Source: Tetramitus jugosus (taxonomy: Eukaryota; Protista; Heterolobosea). From it: a stretch of DNA of 64,000 bases. A model generated the notes under the pieces. That model did not search any database and was not told the DNA's origin. It saw only the letters and a list, made by a program, of their open reading frames with translations. A program made the translations under genes and the position numbers. Where the stretch lies: contig OW569361.1 in NCBI GenBank assembly GCA_937625935.1, positions 372,001 to 436,000 of the forward strand, written 5' to 3'. Shown here piece by piece: positions 1 through 10,061 of the stretch (the stretch's first letter is position 1; each line of letters opens with the position of its first letter).

Positions 1-957
1 ACTTCGTCTCGGATCCTTGATCAACTCATACACAATTTCCAACGTGGTCATAATAATTTTCACTTTGTGGTCACTCAGTGAACAATTGGCGTACATGTCC
101 GTGGTGGGAGACACTGGCGTCGTCACATTATCACCCACTGTTCTCTTCACTGGCAACAACAAGTGATACAGGTATTGAACGCACTTGATTTCGTTCAAAT
201 ACTTTTGATTCGACTCATTTTCATAAATGAGATTGAATATGATTTGCAAACAGAGAATGACATTGATTCCACCATCGGTGCCTCCTTCCTCAAAAATAAT
301 GTGAAACAATTTCTGGAACGTTTCCTCAAATACAATAATCTTTTTCACTTCTTGACTGCCCAGCATGCTCAACTCATTCAACAGTTGCATTCCCTGACTC
401 TGTATCGTCTCTCTCTGATCCACCAACGTGGACACCAGTATCGGTATCACTGACTCTGACAGAATGGCCTGTTGCACCAAATTGGCATTGTGTCGGAGTA
501 ATAGACTCAACAATTGCAACGTGTACAGCATGAGACGAGTGTACTCTCTCGTATTGTTATGCAACAAATTCAACACAATACTCAAGTAATGAGATTGACT
601 GACAATGACTGACATGTATTGTTCACCCATCTTGGGGCATGACACCAAATTCCACACAATCAACAACACTTGACTCGTAAACACATGATCATCTCTCTGA
701 CTGTTCAACAATTGAACCATTTTTTGAAAGCTTTCATTGTTGGAGAATTGTTTGGTTCGATTGGGTTGAGAACTCAGTTCGACCAGCTCTTCCAGTGCTT
801 CCATCTTGTCTTCGTACATTTGACTTGATTCGACACGTTGAACCAATTGAGCTACACTTGTGTTGCTATTGTTGTTATTATCATTGTGATCCTCATTGTT
901 CATGTCATCATCATCATCACCATTGTTGGTTTTGATGGCGTTCAATATCCAATCCAT
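1..957 (-). CDS. USO1: General vesicular transport factor p115/Uso1, N-terminal armadillo head (partial; runs off the window start)
   Basis: Not in the ORF track because there is no stop in the window. Manual translation from ATG 957 gives MDWILNAIK... and KKIIVFEETFQKLFHIIFEEGGTDGGINVILCLQIIFNLIYENESNQKYL, matching the p115 head motif KIVAFE..F..LF.II.EEG..DGGI.V.DCL....NL...N.SNQ.YF. Confidence 0.85.
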   Translation of the reverse strand, partial: MDWILNAIKTNNGDDDDDMNNEDHNDNNNNSNTSVAQLVQRVESSQMYEDKMEALEELVELSSQPNRTKQFSNNESFQKMVQLLNSQRDDHVFTSQVLLIVWNLVSCPKMGEQYMSVIVSQSHYLSIVLNLLHNNTREYTRLMLYTLQLLSLLLRHNANLVQQAILSESVIPILVSTLVDQRETIQSQGMQLLNELSMLGSQEVKKIIVFEETFQKLFHIIFEEGGTDGGINVILCLQIIFNLIYENESNQKYLNEIKCVQYLYHLLLPVKRTVGDNVTTPVSPTTDMYANCSLSDHKVKIIMTTLEIVYELIKDPRRS

Positions 958-1137
958 GTTTTAGCTGCTTTTGTTTGTGTTGTTGGTGTTTTTTTTGATG
1001 ATCTCCTGCCTCAGTTCTGTTGGAAGGATTTTCTGTTTTCACAGAAGGGAAACTTTTTTGGGTTCAACGAGAAGATTCGAATAAATTTTGTTGTTGGTCA
1101 AATTGTTGCGTTGAGTTGCTTGCCCATGAGCTATTCT

Positions 1138-2148
1138 TTATTGGTTGAACAAGGACTCCAGTAGGAGAGGAATAATGGCGGTGGGTGTGCTGCTCTGTTG
1201 CTTCTTCTTTTTCCGATTGGCAATCACGTTGGCAATGACAGAGTTGGGACCCAGTAGTTTGATTCCAAATGTTTGTAGGATCAAATTCGTGAGCAGTGCT
1301 GCGATTCCCAAAGTGCTTACCACAATGACCAACAAGATGATAACTTTGGAGCAAGCGAGGTTTCTGTACAGACTACTCATTTCTTTCTTGGCTCGTTTCA
1401 TACCGGTTCCCACTTCGTTGACCTCACGTTCAAACATGTCCAGCTTTTCCCTCTGAGCTTTCAATCTTGCTGCAGCTCTCTCTCCAATTTGAATCGTGTC
1501 TTCATTCAAGTCAACCATGAAGGCCAATCGATCCAAATTATCGGACTGCAGATCCACAATTTGCTGCATCTGTTGGGGATACTCCTCTGTAATGTTAATC
1601 TCTCCATCTGTGCATGGTGAAGCTCCTTCTCTTGCATTGCTACTCAATAGTTTTTGTCTGTCGCTGAAGTTGGGAGAAGACAAGTCCTTCAACTCTGAAA
1701 ATTCTTTTTCAAGTTTTGTAATTCGGTTCTTCAATCGATTCAAATCCACTTCATACACAATTCGTTGCTGTGGTTCCGCACGGTAAAACACTTGCTCTAC
1801 TCTTTCCAAAGCTTCCTTGGCTCTGGTCAGAGCTTCTTCTGCTTTCCTACTCTTTCGGTCTCTGAGGGGAGCAAGAGTCGAAGATGTTTTGGAAAATTTG
1901 AACAGTCGTTTTCTCAACTCCTTCACTTGTTTTTCCAATGAGTCGAAGAGTGTGGGTAGGGCGATGATTGGTTCATCCAACACAGCAATGGTGTAATGAT
2001 CATTGGTGTTGCTGCTCTTGGAGCTTTTGTAATTATCATGGATTTCGTCTGGTGAGGAAGATGAAGCATCGTCAAATGAGTCCAACTCAATTTTCTGTCC
2101 CTTCTTCTCTTCTCCAGTTTCTTGAATTCGTTGTTTTCTTCTGCCCAT
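1138..2148 (-). CDS. Qb-type SNARE (VTI1/NPSN-like)
   Basis: N-terminal helical region, SNARE heptad (TIQIGERAAARLKAQREKLDMFEREVNEV...KRAKKEMSSLYRNL), C-terminal TM segment VIILLVIVVSTLGIAALL. Confidence 0.8.
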   Translation of the reverse strand: MGRRKQRIQETGEEKKGQKIELDSFDDASSSSPDEIHDNYKSSKSSNTNDHYTIAVLDEPIIALPTLFDSLEKQVKELRKRLFKFSKTSSTLAPLRDRKSRKAEEALTRAKEALERVEQVFYRAEPQQRIVYEVDLNRLKNRITKLEKEFSELKDLSSPNFSDRQKLLSSNAREGASPCTDGEINITEEYPQQMQQIVDLQSDNLDRLAFMVDLNEDTIQIGERAAARLKAQREKLDMFEREVNEVGTGMKRAKKEMSSLYRNLACSKVIILLVIVVSTLGIAALLTNLILQTFGIKLLGPNSVIANVIANRKKKKQQSSTPTAIIPLLLESLFNQ

Positions 2149-2388
2149 TGTAGAGTGTTTTCTTTTGTATTATGTGATCTGTGTATTCTTGTGTGAGTTT
2201 TATGTGACCATCACGAGGTCAACCACTGCAAGCGACAAGAAATTCCCTCCCACTTTTTTTAGTCGCGTCACGCTATTTTTATCAAATGAGAAGTTCCTCC
2301 TGATTCTGAACTATTCGGTCTTCTTATTTAAAGATTCATGGTGAGGTGACATCTCTCAAAAACAAACAACAACAACCAAACAATCATC

Positions 2389-2753
2389 ACATGTCTCGTT
2401 CTCGAAAAAAGGTTGCCGTCAAGGATTGCTCCACAGGTTATGCTACCAGCGATGAAACCTTTGACAAATCGGAGAGAAAAGTGGCGCGAAAATCCTATCG
2501 CCGAAAGTTGAAAACGACGGCGAGCAAGTTTGTCACAGAGGCATCTGGAAACATGGATTGTTTGGAACACATTGTTGACAAGAAACCTGAGAAGTGGGAA
2601 GGTTGTAGAATATGTGCTGACCGGTGCAAGACTGCCGCTTCTTTCATTCGATACTGGTTCATTACTGAAAAGGATCAAGAGGACTTGGATCGATTTGATA
2701 AGACCAACAAGATTGCTGTGTTGAGGCGCTACCGACATGCAAAACATAAGTAA
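2389..2753 (+). CDS. Small basic hypothetical protein (MSRSRKK...)
   Basis: Clean ORF after a CAA-rich leader typical of genes here; about 120 aa, K/R-rich termini. Confidence 0.65.
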
Positions 2754-3187
2754 GAGCTCACTATTGTTTTCATGAGTGTCATGATGGAGCGAGTGAATGT
2801 TCGACTTGATCACCTAGTAGCATGCAACTGTGTGTTGGATTCAAACTGTTTTTGCCGAACACATTGCTTTGTTAAGGAGCAATTTTTCTAGTGTTCAATT
2901 GGAACGAAATGCGGTATCGGTGAGAATAAAACGAACAAGCATAAATAGTCATTTTTGTTATCAATGTGGATCATTATGAAATTTCTTGATTTAAGAACTC
3001 GACACGCTTGTTTGAGTTACTCCGAAAAACCAAACCGTAGATCGCGTAAGCTGGCAACAGTTTTTTTCGTTACAGTTAGGTTAAACCGTTCGACTGGTAC
3101 TTTTGGTATTGAGATATCGAATCATTGCTCATAAATGCGCGCCCAAAGCTAGAGCAATATCAAACACAGAGCACAATATAGTGAGGA

Positions 3188-3493
3188 ATGGGTAACTGTC
3201 TAGCAGGACATCAAGCTGAACTATCGGTTGATGATGTTTGTACACATATGACACTTTTAGGTAACGCAAGGTTGAGTTACAAAGCAACGAGAGTTGCAGT
3301 CGCAACTCTGAGAAGAAATAACATTGATGCACGTGCACTGTCAACATTGACTGAGGTGAAGCTGGAAGACATGGGAATTACTAATCCTGAAACAAAGAAA
3401 GTGATATTAGATATGGTGTGGAATATGAGACAGTACAGAAGATTCAAAAGAATGAGCTCTCAAAATTCTTTTCAAGTTGTTCTTCTGAATTGA
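3188..3493 (+). CDS. Small SAM (sterile alpha motif) domain protein with predicted N-acylation
   Basis: LRRNNIDARALSTLTEVKLEDMGITNPETKKVIL fits the SAM consensus; MGNC N-terminus. Confidence 0.7.
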   Translation: MGNCLAGHQAELSVDDVCTHMTLLGNARLSYKATRVAVATLRRNNIDARALSTLTEVKLEDMGITNPETKKVILDMVWNMRQYRRFKRMSSQNSFQVVLLN

Positions 3494-3526
3494 TAGAGCA
3501 ATGTATTCATACAATCAATTGTTTTA

Positions 3527-5059
3527 CTAGCGAGTTCTCTTCGTTTTGCTACCTAGCAGTTCGAACACAGATATCTCTTCGGTTTCAAAACATTCCTTGT
3601 GATCCCAATAGGTTCTTGCTAGACCATCCAAGAGGTCATAGTCCGGAAGTGGAAGATGTTCCCGTTTTTTCAAGTACCTAGTTATTCCTTTGCTGATTTG
3701 CTTGGCTCTCTTGAATACGAGGAGACCTACAAGCTTATTGGCACCAGAGGAACAGAAATTGTATATGTGCAATTGAGAGAAAAGGGTTCTTTGATCGTCA
3801 AGTTTCCGAAGAGTGACTGCTGAAATCATGTACATATCTTTTCCATTCTTCGGATCCTTGTAACCCAATGGAGTAGAACATGTTTTCTGAACAGTGAGAC
3901 CCTCTTGTAACGAGTCATCATATCTTCCTGAGCACACTTGCATGCATGAACGACTACCAAATGGGAATCCAAGATTGATATTGTAATTTAACACAGCACA
4001 ACTCCTATCGTTGGATACCTTCTTCTTTGGGAAGCGCTCCGCTAGCGTGGATGGACTTAAGTATTCTAGTGTTTCTGCTCCAAGGATATTGTCATCCAGT
4101 TTGGCTAAATTTTCGACATTAAATAGATGCTTCTCGCAGAATTCCAAGGAGAAGGGAAGAATGCCCACATACTTTGCACAACTACCACCATTGTTCACCC
4201 AGGAGACATTTGGAAAGTACTCCAAAATCTTTTTCGATGTAAAGGCCATAATGTTCTGCTTCTTGTCAAATCCTACGAACTTCCAATGATAGCTATCTTC
4301 TGACAACAATCTGTAGAAAAAGTTGAACTCGGTATCGTCAATGCATGGATCTTTAAAGTCATCATCTGAGAAATTCATCTCAATTGCCTTCCTCAAAGTA
4401 CCATGATGTCGCATGAATGACTCTCCATTAGCTTCTATCAATCTCATCCATTCATCCGACCGAAGGAATCTCGGGAGGACATCATAACTCATCTCTTGCT
4501 CGACAATATTCTTGATGTTCGTGAAGGCCTTGTTAACACACTCTAGGGTTTCTCCATTGCAGGAATTCTTCACTGATTCCACACTCTTCAATACATTGTC
4601 CTTGTCCCGAGCAGAAATATTCAATTCATGTGGTCCCTCGCAAAGATACTTCTCAACCAAGATATCAATCTGGTTGAGTACTTTCTTTGGCTCCTTCTCA
4701 CGGTTGATGAAGACTCTGTGCAACTCCTCTAGCGACTCGAGGAAAAGGAAAGATTCTTCATTCCTTTCCTTCTCGAGATACGATTTTAGACATTCTCTGC
4801 AACTAGGGGCTATCATCCAAGGGCTAAGTGTTAGCGTTTGACAATGCAAAGATATTCCCTCTAAATATTCATACCTTTTAAGATATCTTGGATGGTGAAA
4901 ATATATTCCTTGCACAACTGTGCTGATGACCTCTTGTTCATGATTGGGTGTTGAGATGACGATGCTGTTGTGAGGAGGGTTGTTGTCGTTGGGTTTCTCA
5001 AAGAATCCTCCTGAATTCAGCTTGCTGGTCCCCTCAATAGCCTCTAACACAATGACCAA
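3527..5059 (-). CDS. RGS domain plus START-like domain protein
   Basis: RGS: LKSYLEKERNEESFLFL...YLCEGPHELNIS...MSYDVLPRFLRS. C-terminal half has a START/Bet v1-like pattern. The start codon is uncertain because the track start is non-ATG. Confidence 0.75.
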   Translation of the reverse strand: MVIVLEAIEGTSKLNSGGFFEKPNDNNPPHNSIVISTPNHEQEVISTVVQGIYFHHPRYLKRYEYLEGISLHCQTLTLSPWMIAPSCRECLKSYLEKERNEESFLFLESLEELHRVFINREKEPKKVLNQIDILVEKYLCEGPHELNISARDKDNVLKSVESVKNSCNGETLECVNKAFTNIKNIVEQEMSYDVLPRFLRSDEWMRLIEANGESFMRHHGTLRKAIEMNFSDDDFKDPCIDDTEFNFFYRLLSEDSYHWKFVGFDKKQNIMAFTSKKILEYFPNVSWVNNGGSCAKYVGILPFSLEFCEKHLFNVENLAKLDDNILGAETLEYLSPSTLAERFPKKKVSNDRSCAVLNYNINLGFPFGSRSCMQVCSGRYDDSLQEGLTVQKTCSTPLGYKDPKNGKDMYMISAVTLRKLDDQRTLFSQLHIYNFCSSGANKLVGLLVFKRAKQISKGITRYLKKREHLPLPDYDLLDGLARTYWDHKECFETEEISVFELLGSKTKRTR

Positions 5060-5304
5060 AAAGAGAGTGTGGTCTTGGTCTTTTCGTGGGATTTCACCCT
5101 TGGTGCCACCGAACTGCCGAAATTCGGAGCTCGACAGAAAAGAAGCAAATAGGTACCCGACACAATGGCCTCACTGCTTGTTTCAGACATATATATGAAC
5201 AAAGGGAACGAACACGTATTTTAGACGCTCGTTGATAGCAAAGTGAATGGTTGCAATTTATTTGATATCGAGGGCATATATGTTACAAAATTGAGAGGAT
5301 TTGT

Positions 5305-5769
5305 TTAGTGCAGTATTGTTCGGATGGCTGAGTCAAAGCTACCACTTGTCCCACTGTTACTTCGGTTATGTTTAAAGACAAAACTCTTGACAGCGTCTGA
5401 ATTCTTTTTCTTCTTCGATATGGCAACAGGGCTGGACACGGCAGTGGGACTCTTCTCCTTTTTTATGCTCCTCTTGAGGTGAGACACTCCAATCGGTGAC
5501 AAATGTCTTGTAATGATACTCTTAGTGTTTGATTCAGTTTGGGAGGTTGTAATTATCGGAATGGGATACAATAGTTCGGTTCTGTCGTCGGTTGTCCGAG
5601 TGGACGAATGTTGTTCCTCGAGTTGACTGAAAGCGGAGTTTGTGAAGATGCTCATATCTGGTTTTTGAATTGTGCTCGGTTGGTCAAGCGTCGATGGGTC
5701 AAAGCATGGTGGAACTGTTCGATAGTAGAGTAACCTAGCTTCTTCTTGGATTGGGTGAAAAGATACCAT
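5305..5769 (-). CDS. Hypothetical S/T-rich protein
   Basis: ORF fills the gap between genes (first ATG at 5769); no recognisable domain; contains a basic KKKK patch. Confidence 0.4.
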   Translation of the reverse strand: MVSFHPIQEEARLLYYRTVPPCFDPSTLDQPSTIQKPDMSIFTNSAFSQLEEQHSSTRTTDDRTELLYPIPIITTSQTESNTKSIITRHLSPIGVSHLKRSIKKEKSPTAVSSPVAISKKKKNSDAVKSFVFKHNRSNSGTSGSFDSAIRTILH

Positions 5770-5953
5770 ATTGTTGATGTGAATGTTTGGTTGTTCTGAA
5801 TGGGATTGAGTCACAGTGTTGAATTCCAAATCACAGAGGTGATTTAATTTAAGCACGGAAATTGGTCAACCTAGCGAACCCTAAAAACAACCAGTGACCA
5901 AAGATATCCCGGAACGTTTTGTTCTACAATTTTCGTTGTTTATGGCGAATGAT

Positions 5954-7510
5954 TTACATTTTGAACCACTTTGGTTTCTTGTTGGGGTCTCCACCACCTA
6001 GAGTCCTTCCACGTCCTGATGAAGACGCCAGAGGTTGGCTGGTTTGTTGTTTGTTCAAGTTGTCAGGCAGAATCTCCGTTTGAATTCGTTGGAGGTATTG
6101 CAAAAGGTCCTCCTTGATAATGAGTTGAGAACTTGGTGCCTTGCTACTATCGACGTTGATGTTTATGATGGCAGCTGGTATCAACTTCAATTGTTGCAAA
6201 GTCTTTGAAAGATCTTCTTTTGTAAACTTTTGCATAGGAGGCGAGATGAACATGTAGAAAGGCACTGTTGAGTCAGAGATGACTTGTGTGACAAAATCAT
6301 AGACATCTTGCAAGGTATGTGTCGGATTGAATGTGCCCTGAATGATTAAACCGTCCAGTGTGGGGAATCTGACTCTTATGATTGCTCTATCGTACACTCT
6401 CTTCTTCTTTTCATTCTCCAAGTCTCTACTCTTCTTCGTTCTCAAAACTTCTGTCTCCTTCTTTTTTTTCTCCTGCTCTGCCAACATTTTTTGCAATTCG
6501 TGAGGCTTTATCTCGAAATCTTCATCTGTAATATCATCAATGTCGTTTTGTGCTGATGAAGTAGTATGCTGTGGCGTAAAATACAGCTTGATATCTCTTG
6601 CGACTGTGTTTTCAAGTTCGAGTGTATTGTCGATTGGTTGATCCATCTCCTCATCCTCCTCGTCCTGTGGCTTCTCATCAGATGCTATTGTCGTCGAACT
6701 CTCTTCAATCTTAGTAGTAACAGATGTCACAACCTCCTGTTGAGTCGTTGATGAGACAGCAGTTTCGTGTGTTGTGACAGAAGAAGGGTGGCTAGCCGAG
6801 TAAGTTGTTGGTATAGTAGGATTGGCAGCAGCAACAGATGTCTCCTCAGTCACAGATCCCATCTTGTTCAATTCAATCAACACTGGAGCCACTTGTTCAA
6901 AGGTTTGATCGGTTTCCTTGAAACTGATACGCAACAGCATATTACCACCACTGGAAATACCCAATTCGGTCAACTTTGTTTTCGTCAATTCTTCCAACGT
7001 GGAATTATAGGCATTGTTCATGGCTGACACGACTGGAACACAATAATGTCTCGTTGTTAATTTAACGACTTGGGTGACGTTGACCTTCTCATCTGCATGC
7101 CTACACTCCAATGCTCTCAGGCATTGCCACAAATTGTAATCAATCGGTAAAATCTCTTTAAATCTCCGACCATCATGCAATTGGAAACCAATGGTGGCAG
7201 TGGCTACTTTGGTAGGTCGACTCGTGCTGTTGTCACCAGTTTTTGCTGCAGCTGATTTTTCATTCTTGAGCACAATTTCGAGTTCAGTGTGATTCGATAG
7301 ACCAGAGAGTCTCCAAGGCAGACTCAAGTCAATATTTCTTGTTTTTCTGAGAGGTGTTCTCTTTGAGAGCATGAGATCGTGCTTTGCTACGTCTAAACCA
7401 TGTTTTTTACAAAAATCTTCGAGAATTTGATATATGGGACTCGATGGACCATTGACAGACACCAAGGAACGCTTGCCTAAGCCTGCAACTGTGACTTGTA
7501 TGTTGGACAT
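5954..7510 (-). CDS. ASPSCR1: TUG/ASPL (Ubx4/PUX1-like) UBX-domain p97 adaptor
   Basis: N-terminal UBL (IDLSLPWRLSGLSNHTELE), UBX (IIRVRFP..LIIQGTF...FYMFISPP...L.L.PAA), SHP-like GRGRTLGG, C-terminal KPKWFK. Confidence 0.9.
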   Translation of the reverse strand: MSNIQVTVAGLGKRSLVSVNGPSSPIYQILEDFCKKHGLDVAKHDLMLSKRTPLRKTRNIDLSLPWRLSGLSNHTELEIVLKNEKSAAAKTGDNSTSRPTKVATATIGFQLHDGRRFKEILPIDYNLWQCLRALECRHADEKVNVTQVVKLTTRHYCVPVVSAMNNAYNSTLEELTKTKLTELGISSGGNMLLRISFKETDQTFEQVAPVLIELNKMGSVTEETSVAAANPTIPTTYSASHPSSVTTHETAVSSTTQQEVVTSVTTKIEESSTTIASDEKPQDEEDEEMDQPIDNTLELENTVARDIKLYFTPQHTTSSAQNDIDDITDEDFEIKPHELQKMLAEQEKKKKETEVLRTKKSRDLENEKKKRVYDRAIIRVRFPTLDGLIIQGTFNPTHTLQDVYDFVTQVISDSTVPFYMFISPPMQKFTKEDLSKTLQQLKLIPAAIININVDSSKAPSSQLIIKEDLLQYLQRIQTEILPDNLNKQQTSQPLASSSGRGRTLGGGDPNKKPKWFKM

Positions 7511-7694
7511 GATGGTGTTGTGTTTGTGTGTGATGTTTTTTGGTGTTGTTTTCTCTCTTGCTTTTTGTCCGTGCTTGCTTTTTCTCTTCGAGTTCTGATT
7601 GAATCAGAATTATTTTTAGAATGCTGATTCCTACACATAACAAATGGCAAGTTTACAATGGAAGTACGCAGCAAGTGGTTGTATTCACAATATT

Positions 7695-8777
7695 TTAGTC
7701 CTCTTGCGCATGTCCATATGAACCCTCTGACAGTGCGAAACGAAGAACATGTTCCAAGTCGAAATCTAGTCGATGATGTTCAGCGATATTCGACCCCGTC
7801 TCCAATAGTTTCTCTGCAGGAACGGCATCTGCGTTGTATGCCACCATGATAATATTATTTCGATTTTCCTCCACGGCAAGCAAGTGGACTGTTTTGAATG
7901 AAGATTCAAACATTTGCAGAATTTGATTGAATAACTTGATGTTGCAGAATATGTTGGCCACGAGAACTCCATTCGGTCTGAGCTGTTTCAGCAACTTTTT
8001 CACAAATTCAACATTAAATATATCCCTTGGTAAGCCATCTTCATTGAAAATGTCCAAGAACATGAGAGAGTGACCACCGGATTGAACTGCATCTTGATCC
8101 AAATAATCCAAGATGTCCTTCTTATAGATTGTCAGTTTTGATGCTGGCAACCCAAAGAAATTGACAGCAGCATGAACAACAATTGGATCAATCTCTACAA
8201 CATCCACCTTCATCTGAGGAAAGGATCTTGTAATCCAATTGGGCAAGCTGCCAACACCCAGACCAATAGACAGAACGCGATGTGCGCTGCTGTGTAAATG
8301 ATTCACATGTGCTTCACTTGTCGACAGGGCCTTCAGAAACGAAACACCAGCACTTGCCATCGTATCAATATAACCACAGCGACCGGAGAAAACATAATCA
8401 TATCTCATGAAGTCTCCATCGATATGACTCGAAGGTGACACCCTGACTCTTCCTTGAAGTAAGCTGTCAGCAGGAGTGCCTCCAAAGCTCAAATTTCTCC
8501 ACGGATGACCATCAGTCTCAATAGACTGTGTCACTATTACATTACGATTGAAAGAGGAGGGTGAATTGAACAACACGACATATCGATCCGCCGTATGATC
8601 AATTTCATTGTTGTTTGCTGTACTGGAAGCTTCTACACGAATGGTACGACCAGAGATTGTTCTTGTTTGTCTCCCACGAAGGAATGATATGCATCCTGTA
8701 CCTGGATGATATCTCACAATTGTTGCTTGTGGTTGGCACCATGGCCGCAATAAACATGGTAAAGCTTTTCTTTGCAT
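7695..8777 (-). CDS. SAM-dependent methyltransferase, spermidine-synthase/METTL13-C-like fold; possible mitochondrial presequence
   Basis: VLSIGLGVGSL, VDVVEIDP, LMFLDIF, LRPNGVLVAN motifs. First ATG 8777 (MQRKALPCLLRPW) begins an R-rich N-terminus. Confidence 0.8.
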   Translation of the reverse strand: MQRKALPCLLRPWCQPQATIVRYHPGTGCISFLRGRQTRTISGRTIRVEASSTANNNEIDHTADRYVVLFNSPSSFNRNVIVTQSIETDGHPWRNLSFGGTPADSLLQGRVRVSPSSHIDGDFMRYDYVFSGRCGYIDTMASAGVSFLKALSTSEAHVNHLHSSAHRVLSIGLGVGSLPNWITRSFPQMKVDVVEIDPIVVHAAVNFFGLPASKLTIYKKDILDYLDQDAVQSGGHSLMFLDIFNEDGLPRDIFNVEFVKKLLKQLRPNGVLVANIFCNIKLFNQILQMFESSFKTVHLLAVEENRNNIIMVAYNADAVPAEKLLETGSNIAEHHRLDFDLEHVLRFALSEGSYGHAQED

Positions 8778-8820
8778 TTGTTGGCTGCGATCTTTTTCAC
8801 TTTTTTTGTTCACGCAAAAA

Positions 8821-9930
8821 ATGGAACGAGAAGGCACAACACAACAAGAGCAAAGATACAAGCTTACAATCCAGTATGATGGCTCTGCTTATTCTGGTTG
8901 GCAAAGACAAGGTAAATATCAAGTGAATAGCTCATCCATTATTGATGATGTGAAAAAAACTTGCACCGTGCAGCAAGCGCTAGAAGATGCTCTCTCCCGT
9001 TTTGTTCGATCGATGATACGGTCAAAGGTGAACGATTCAAATACCCAAAACGAAGAAGATAACAACATTTGTCATGTTCAGGTATTTGGAAGTTCAAGAA
9101 CTGATGCAGGTGTTCATGCCGTGTGCTGTATGTTGTTGCCGTAATTGTTTTTGTTGTTGTGTTCAGAGTAAGTAGTAAATAACATGTTAATCGTGGGATA
9201 AACAGCGACAGCTCATTTTGATTTGGCGTCGCATCAAGTCAGAAGAGATATGCCTGATGGTGAGAAAGTTATGAAAGCTTTGAATTCGTACTTGAGTAAA
9301 GAGAAAGTTACAGTCACATCTTGTACACAAGTATCCAATGACTATAATGCTCGTAATGCTGCCCGAAAACGAATTTATAACTATAAGATGGTAATAGTAC
9401 CAGATTCTCATGTCAATGTTCGTTTTCCTCTGCTGGCAAATAGAGTTTGGTTCTTGAACTTGGATGAATTCATTCGCAAGAATTCCAGCAAGACTCAACG
9501 AGAGCAACTTCTGCGGAATATTGAATTTAATATTGACAAAATGAAGGAAGCAGCAAACATCATGTGTGGTACTCATAACTTTTCTTCGTTTTGTAGCCCC
9601 GGAGATCCACAGAGAAATAATGGACAAATCAACTACGTGCGAACGATAGACTCAATCCAAGTTGACCATAAGACTTCTGAGGAAGGACATAATGACTACG
9701 CGCTCTCATTCTTCATGAACCCATTACTAGAATCATTGTCCATTACGATTCAAGGACCCTCATTCCTCTATCACCAGTGTCGCTACATTGTGCATGTGTT
9801 GGTTTGCATTGCAACCAATATCTTATCACTCGAAGATCTGCACATAATGTTTGAAACGAAAGAATTGCCAAGAGGTAAACGAAGAATGGCTCCTCCAGAT
9901 GGATTATATCTAGTAAAAGTTGTCGAATAA
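8821..9930 (+). CDS. tRNA pseudouridine synthase (TruA family), 2 exons
   Basis: YKLTIQYDGSAYSGWQRQ, SRTDAGVHA, GTHNFSSF, GPSFLYHQCR, APPDGLYL. Intron 9128-9205 (GTATGT..AACAG) restores GVHAVCSTAHFD. Confidence 0.93.
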
Positions 9931-10061
9931 GGTGTGTCCATATTCAGTTCAGTCAAGCAAAATCTTAGCAGTTCGCAAGTACATTGGCCTTTCCGTGATC
10001 CCGACACCTGCCAATCAATTGTCAAAACACACGTTTTTTCGAATCAGAAAAACCAACAACA

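Noticed and set aside
163-453. Plus-strand 96-aa ORF
   Set aside because: Antisense shadow of the USO1 coding frame.
2776-2812. ATGA...TGA SECIS-like pattern
   Set aside because: The stem is too short and the upstream gene has no in-frame TGA.
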